Source: Octopus sinensis (lineage: Eukaryota). From it: a stretch of DNA of 12,039 nt. Of this stretch, positions 8,500-12,039 are shown piece after piece; the stretch's first letter is position 1; every line of letters starts with the position of its first letter. Below the pieces are notes generated by a model that made no database searches, had not been told where the DNA came from, and was given only the letters and a program-made list of their open reading frames with translations. Both the position numbers and the translations under genes were made by a program. The stretch lies in assembly GCF_006345805.1 (NCBI RefSeq), contig NW_021826745.1, positions 1 through 12,039 on the forward strand, in the 5' to 3' direction.

Positions 8500-8835
8500 T
8501 ATGTCCTGTTATTATTTTTATTGCATTTTTAATTGTATTTATATTTGTGTAACATTGTCCATTTTTTCCGTCCTTGTTTTTGTATACATTCGCTGATTTC
8601 TTCCAAGGAATTTAATACTCTTAGCTTAGTTTTTTCCTTGGGGCTGGCCAGATTGGAACAATTTCAAGAATAATCAGCCGAAATTGTGAGGATAATATGG
8701 TGCTTGACTGAAGAAAGAAAACTTCGAATGATCCGTCCTTGTTTTCTTTGTATCGTCTATCTGAATGTTTTGTTGTCCCTTTTTGTATCACCTAGTTGTC
8801 CGGATGTTTTGCGTTCTTGTCCCATTTTGTGTTTT
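8500..8835 (+). mobile_element. Interspersed repeat, possibly a second Penelope-type terminal repeat
   Basis: Internal direct repeat tccgtccttgtttt (8567, 8732) and hammerhead-like ctgaaga-aagaaaactt-cgaa...gtc at 8708-8737. Confidence 0.35.
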
Positions 8836-8946
8836 ATATATACACACACACATACACACACACACACACACGCACACGCACACACACACACACACACACG
8901 TATATATATATATATATATATAATATATATATATACATATATATAT

Positions 8947-9034
<88 letters not shown>

Positions 9035-9046
9035 ATATATATATAT
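8836..9046. repeat. (CA)n(TA)n microsatellite
   Basis: Directly visible. Confidence 0.95.
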
Positions 9047-9221
9047 TTAGTTTGATTTGAAAACCCCACTAGAATGGGAGAAAGCGCCTAATACATGATT
9101 TAAGTTATATGATATATAAAAAATAATATACAAATAAATATCTGTAAATATAAACCATCCGATTTTCTGAGTCCCCTCATTTCTTCTAATATTAAATACC
9201 TGTACTCATCTCCAACCTTCC

Positions 9222-9237
9222 ATATATATATATATAT

Positions 9238-9325
<88 letters not shown>
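9222..9325. repeat. (TA)n microsatellite abutting a family B SINE
   Basis: Directly visible. Confidence 0.95.
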
Positions 9326-9487
9326 ACGGCTTAAACTTCCTGGTTCCGTCTACAAAATCACACAAAAAGCTGTGGTCAGCTTGGAGCTATTCTAGAAGAT
9401 GATTGTCTAAGGTGCCACGACGTAGGACCGAACCTAAGACCACATGTTTGGGAAGCAATCTTCTTAGCCATACAACGAGGCTTATGC
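9322..9487 (-). mobile_element. Diverged 5' half of SINE family B
   Basis: aaggtgccacg...accacatgtttgggaagcaatcttcttagcc aligns with 1321-1390. Confidence 0.75.
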
Positions 9488-10179
9488 ATGTACGTGCGTG
9501 TGTGTCTGTATACGTCTTTCTGTTTCTTTCGATTGTCTAACGGAGGGAGGAGACTGGAAGGCGTACTAAACGAACATTGTTATTTTGGCAATTCTTTCAA
9601 GTATCAGCCATTACATGAAACAACAATAAAATTTGTTAATTTTTTTTCTCATTTCCTCCTGCTCTCGTTTTCTTCATCCTCTTTTCTCTATTCATGACAA
9701 CACTTAATTTAAATATATGCAAATGAATTCTTTGATCAATCGTAGCTTCATTATTATTAAATTAATTATTAAATTGTTCAATATTTTTTTTTAACTGAAA
9801 TGTAAAAATATACAAATACACACTTTCCATAGTGGGAAAGTTGAATTAGTCAACTAACAGAAATAATTTCCGCTGTCGAAAACTCTAAAGGAAAAAATCA
9901 AAATGGCTGACTTTCCGCTGAAACATCAGATCTCCGTAAGGAAATAAATAAATAAAGAAAGAAAAAAATTCTCATTCTCAGAAGTTGCAGTTGATAAGAA
10001 AACGCAGATAAATGTACCGAAACGACCTAGCAAATGTAGTGGTCCATATGTAGTGGTTTATTTCGTTAGAAATAGCAGCCAAATTTATCTCAAATCATGT
10101 CTTAGTGTTACAAAAAGAAAAGATTACAATAGTTACTGATGGAAATACAAGGTTACTAATATATTTTTTAGTCTGATAG

Positions 10180-10350
10180 GGGTAAGGGTTGTTAGTCAAT
10201 ATCATCGACCCCCAGGGCTCAATTAGAACTTTGTTTGAAAGAATTATAAATAAAGTCGGCCACAGCGGAATTTCATCTCGGGACGTAAACAACTGTAAGA
10301 AATGTAACAAAGAATTTTTGTTCGATGCACTTACCAATTTGTCAGCCTTA
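10180..10350 (-). mobile_element. Old SINE family A copy
   Basis: ttagtcaatatcatcgacccccag...aaagtcggccacagcggaattt aligns to family A. Confidence 0.65.
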
Positions 10351-10351
10351 A

Positions 10352-10576
10352 TAATTTTTTCTCTTACAAGCACCAGGTACGAAATTCCGGATAACAGTGA
10401 GTTAGTCGATTACATCGTATCCAGTGCCTGACCGGTACTTTATTTTATCGACCCCCGAAACGATTAAAGACAAAGTCGAACTCGACGGAATTTGAAATTC
10501 AGAACGAAGGTAGCCAGAAGAAATGCTGCAAAGCGTTTTGTTCGACGCACTAACAACTCTGCTAGCTCACCGCCTT
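10352..10576 (-). mobile_element. SINE family A copy
   Basis: tagtcgattacatcg...ggtactttattttatcgacccccgaaa...aaagtcgaactcgacggaatttgaa...gctagctcaccgcctt. Confidence 0.85.
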
Positions 10577-10600
10577 AACAACAACAGCAACAACAACAAC

Positions 10601-10816
10601 AATCCTTTCTACTGTAGGCACAAAGCCTGAAATTTCCGGGAGAGAGTAAGTCTATCAAATCGACCCCCAGTACTTGATTGGTACTTGATTTATCAATCTC
10701 GAAAGAATGAAAGGCAAAGTCGACCTCTGCAGAATTTGAACTCAGAACGTAGCGGCAGACGATTAGTGCTAAGCATTTCGCCCGGCATGCTAACGATTGT
10801 GCAAGCCTGTCGTCGT
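10601..10816 (-). mobile_element. SINE family A copy
   Basis: Close match to 4137-4354; flanked on both sides by taaca...caacaacaat runs (possible TSD). Confidence 0.9.
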
Positions 10817-10844
10817 AACACCACCACCACCAACACCAACAACA

Positions 10845-10847
10845 ATG

Positions 10848-10885
<38 letters not shown>

Positions 10886-10981
10886 TAATAATAATAATAA
10901 CAATAACAATAATAATAATAATAATAATAATAACAATAATAATAATAATAATAATAATGATGATGATGATGATGATGATGA
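10845..10981. repeat. (AAT)n(GAT)n microsatellite
   Basis: Directly visible. Confidence 0.95.
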
Positions 10982-11676
10982 AGTGAAGTTTGTGTATTTC
11001 CGTTTCTCTCGCTCCTATTAAGTCATATTTCTACCCTCGAATAAATAAAAAAAAAATATAAATAAATGAATAAATAAATAAAATAATGAAGTATTAATGA
11101 CAAAAAAAAAAACAAATAAAAAACGCAGCAAAACTTCTCCAGTGTGGCCAGCTTGAGAGAAAATGACGTGTACGATAAATCAAATCAATTTAATATAGAA
11201 AAAATTAATTAGCGCGATGCAAATTGTAGAGATTTATACACATGAAACCAAACAGTTTTTAATTTTATTTTTTTATCTTATTATTTACTTATTTTTTATT
11301 TATTTATTTATTTTATATTTTGGTTTGTTTTTAAATTATTTCGGACTGCCATTTAATGAAATAATGTGGTAAGATTAGGAAACATCAATGACAGTTTGAA
11401 ATATCGGAATGTTTTACTGAACGCACGCATAATATCGAAATAGTCTCGTATGATTAAGAAAAAAAAAAAAAATTAAAATATATATATATATCTAATTTGT
11501 TTATTAGCAATTGCGTGATATTATTTGATCAGTTATCGATCATACGATGTCACACTTGTTCCTTCCTAATCATATATTTTACTCGTAATCTTTTTGTTCA
11601 TATTTTGATATTAAAGAAAGGAATCTTAACGTTCTTTGCTTTTGTTTTGCTGTATCTGGACTAATGTTTGAGCTAT

Positions 11677-12039
11677 AGGTCTGCCATCTGGTGGTAAACC
11701 TACCATCTTGTGCAATGTTTACCATCTTGTGGTATGCCGGCCATCTGTTGATTGGCCTGCTATCTTGTGGTACGTCTGCACTCTGATGATAGGCCTAGAA
11801 CCTTGGGGTACGCCTGCTATCTGTTGATCGACTTGGTACTTTCGGGTACGCCTGCCATCTGGTGACAGGCCTAGTACCTTGGGGCATGCCTGCCATCTGG
11901 TAATAGGCCTGGTACCTTGGAGTACGTCTGCCATCTGGTGATAAGCCTGGTACCTTGGGGTACGTCTGCCAACTGGTGATAGGCCTAGTACCTTGGAGTA
12001 CGTCTGCCATCTGGTGATAGGCCTGGTACCTTGGGGTAC
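11677..12039. repeat. Minisatellite: 19 x 19-bp monomers forming a 38-bp higher-order unit, running off the window end
   Basis: Unit aggcctggtaccttggggt + acgtctgccatctggtgat; ctgcca recurs at 11890, 11928, 11966 and 12004. No indels across 19 monomers. Confidence 0.95.
11681..11694 (-). promoter_or_regulatory. CTCF core-consensus motif (first of a co-oriented series)
   Basis: Minus strand CCACCAGATGGCAG fits CCASYAGRKGGCRS exactly. Binding is not shown. Confidence 0.4.

Noticed and set aside
9155-9185. Third hammerhead-like relic on minus (atgaggggactcagaaa)
   Set aside because: Too degenerate to distinguish from chance.
403-10816. Minus-strand bias of SINEs (9 of 10 clear copies)
   Set aside because: Nested and stacked copies are not independent, and the decayed plus-strand fragments weaken the bias.
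11677-12039. CRISPR-like periodicity and 71-aa ORFs
   Set aside because: No unique spacers or cas genes, eukaryotic context, and a 38-bp period does not keep frame.

Overview
AT-rich, microsatellite-dense eukaryotic DNA with no supportable intact protein-coding gene. The SINE families look like those I recall from Octopus (coleoid cephalopod) genomes; that assignment is recognition, not a database search. 130-3680 is an old, degenerate ~150-180-bp tandem repeat broken up by nested tRNA-derived SINEs of three families, a mariner-type MITE and a mariner transposase relic with an internal inversion. 4770-7450 and 8836-9325 are mostly simple repeats, which produce nearly all listed ORFs. The main signal is a ~750-bp unique island (7477-8221) with two long imperfect hairpins (85-nt and 54-nt arms) plus smaller stem-loops. 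Their arm differences mostly read as G-U pairs on the minus strand (18 versus 5), suggesting an unannotated structured RNA locus (miRNA, hpRNA or structured lncRNA). Downstream are Penelope-like remnants with decayed hammerhead cores, three head-to-tail SINEs, and a 19/38-bp minisatellite carrying co-oriented CTCF-consensus motifs.
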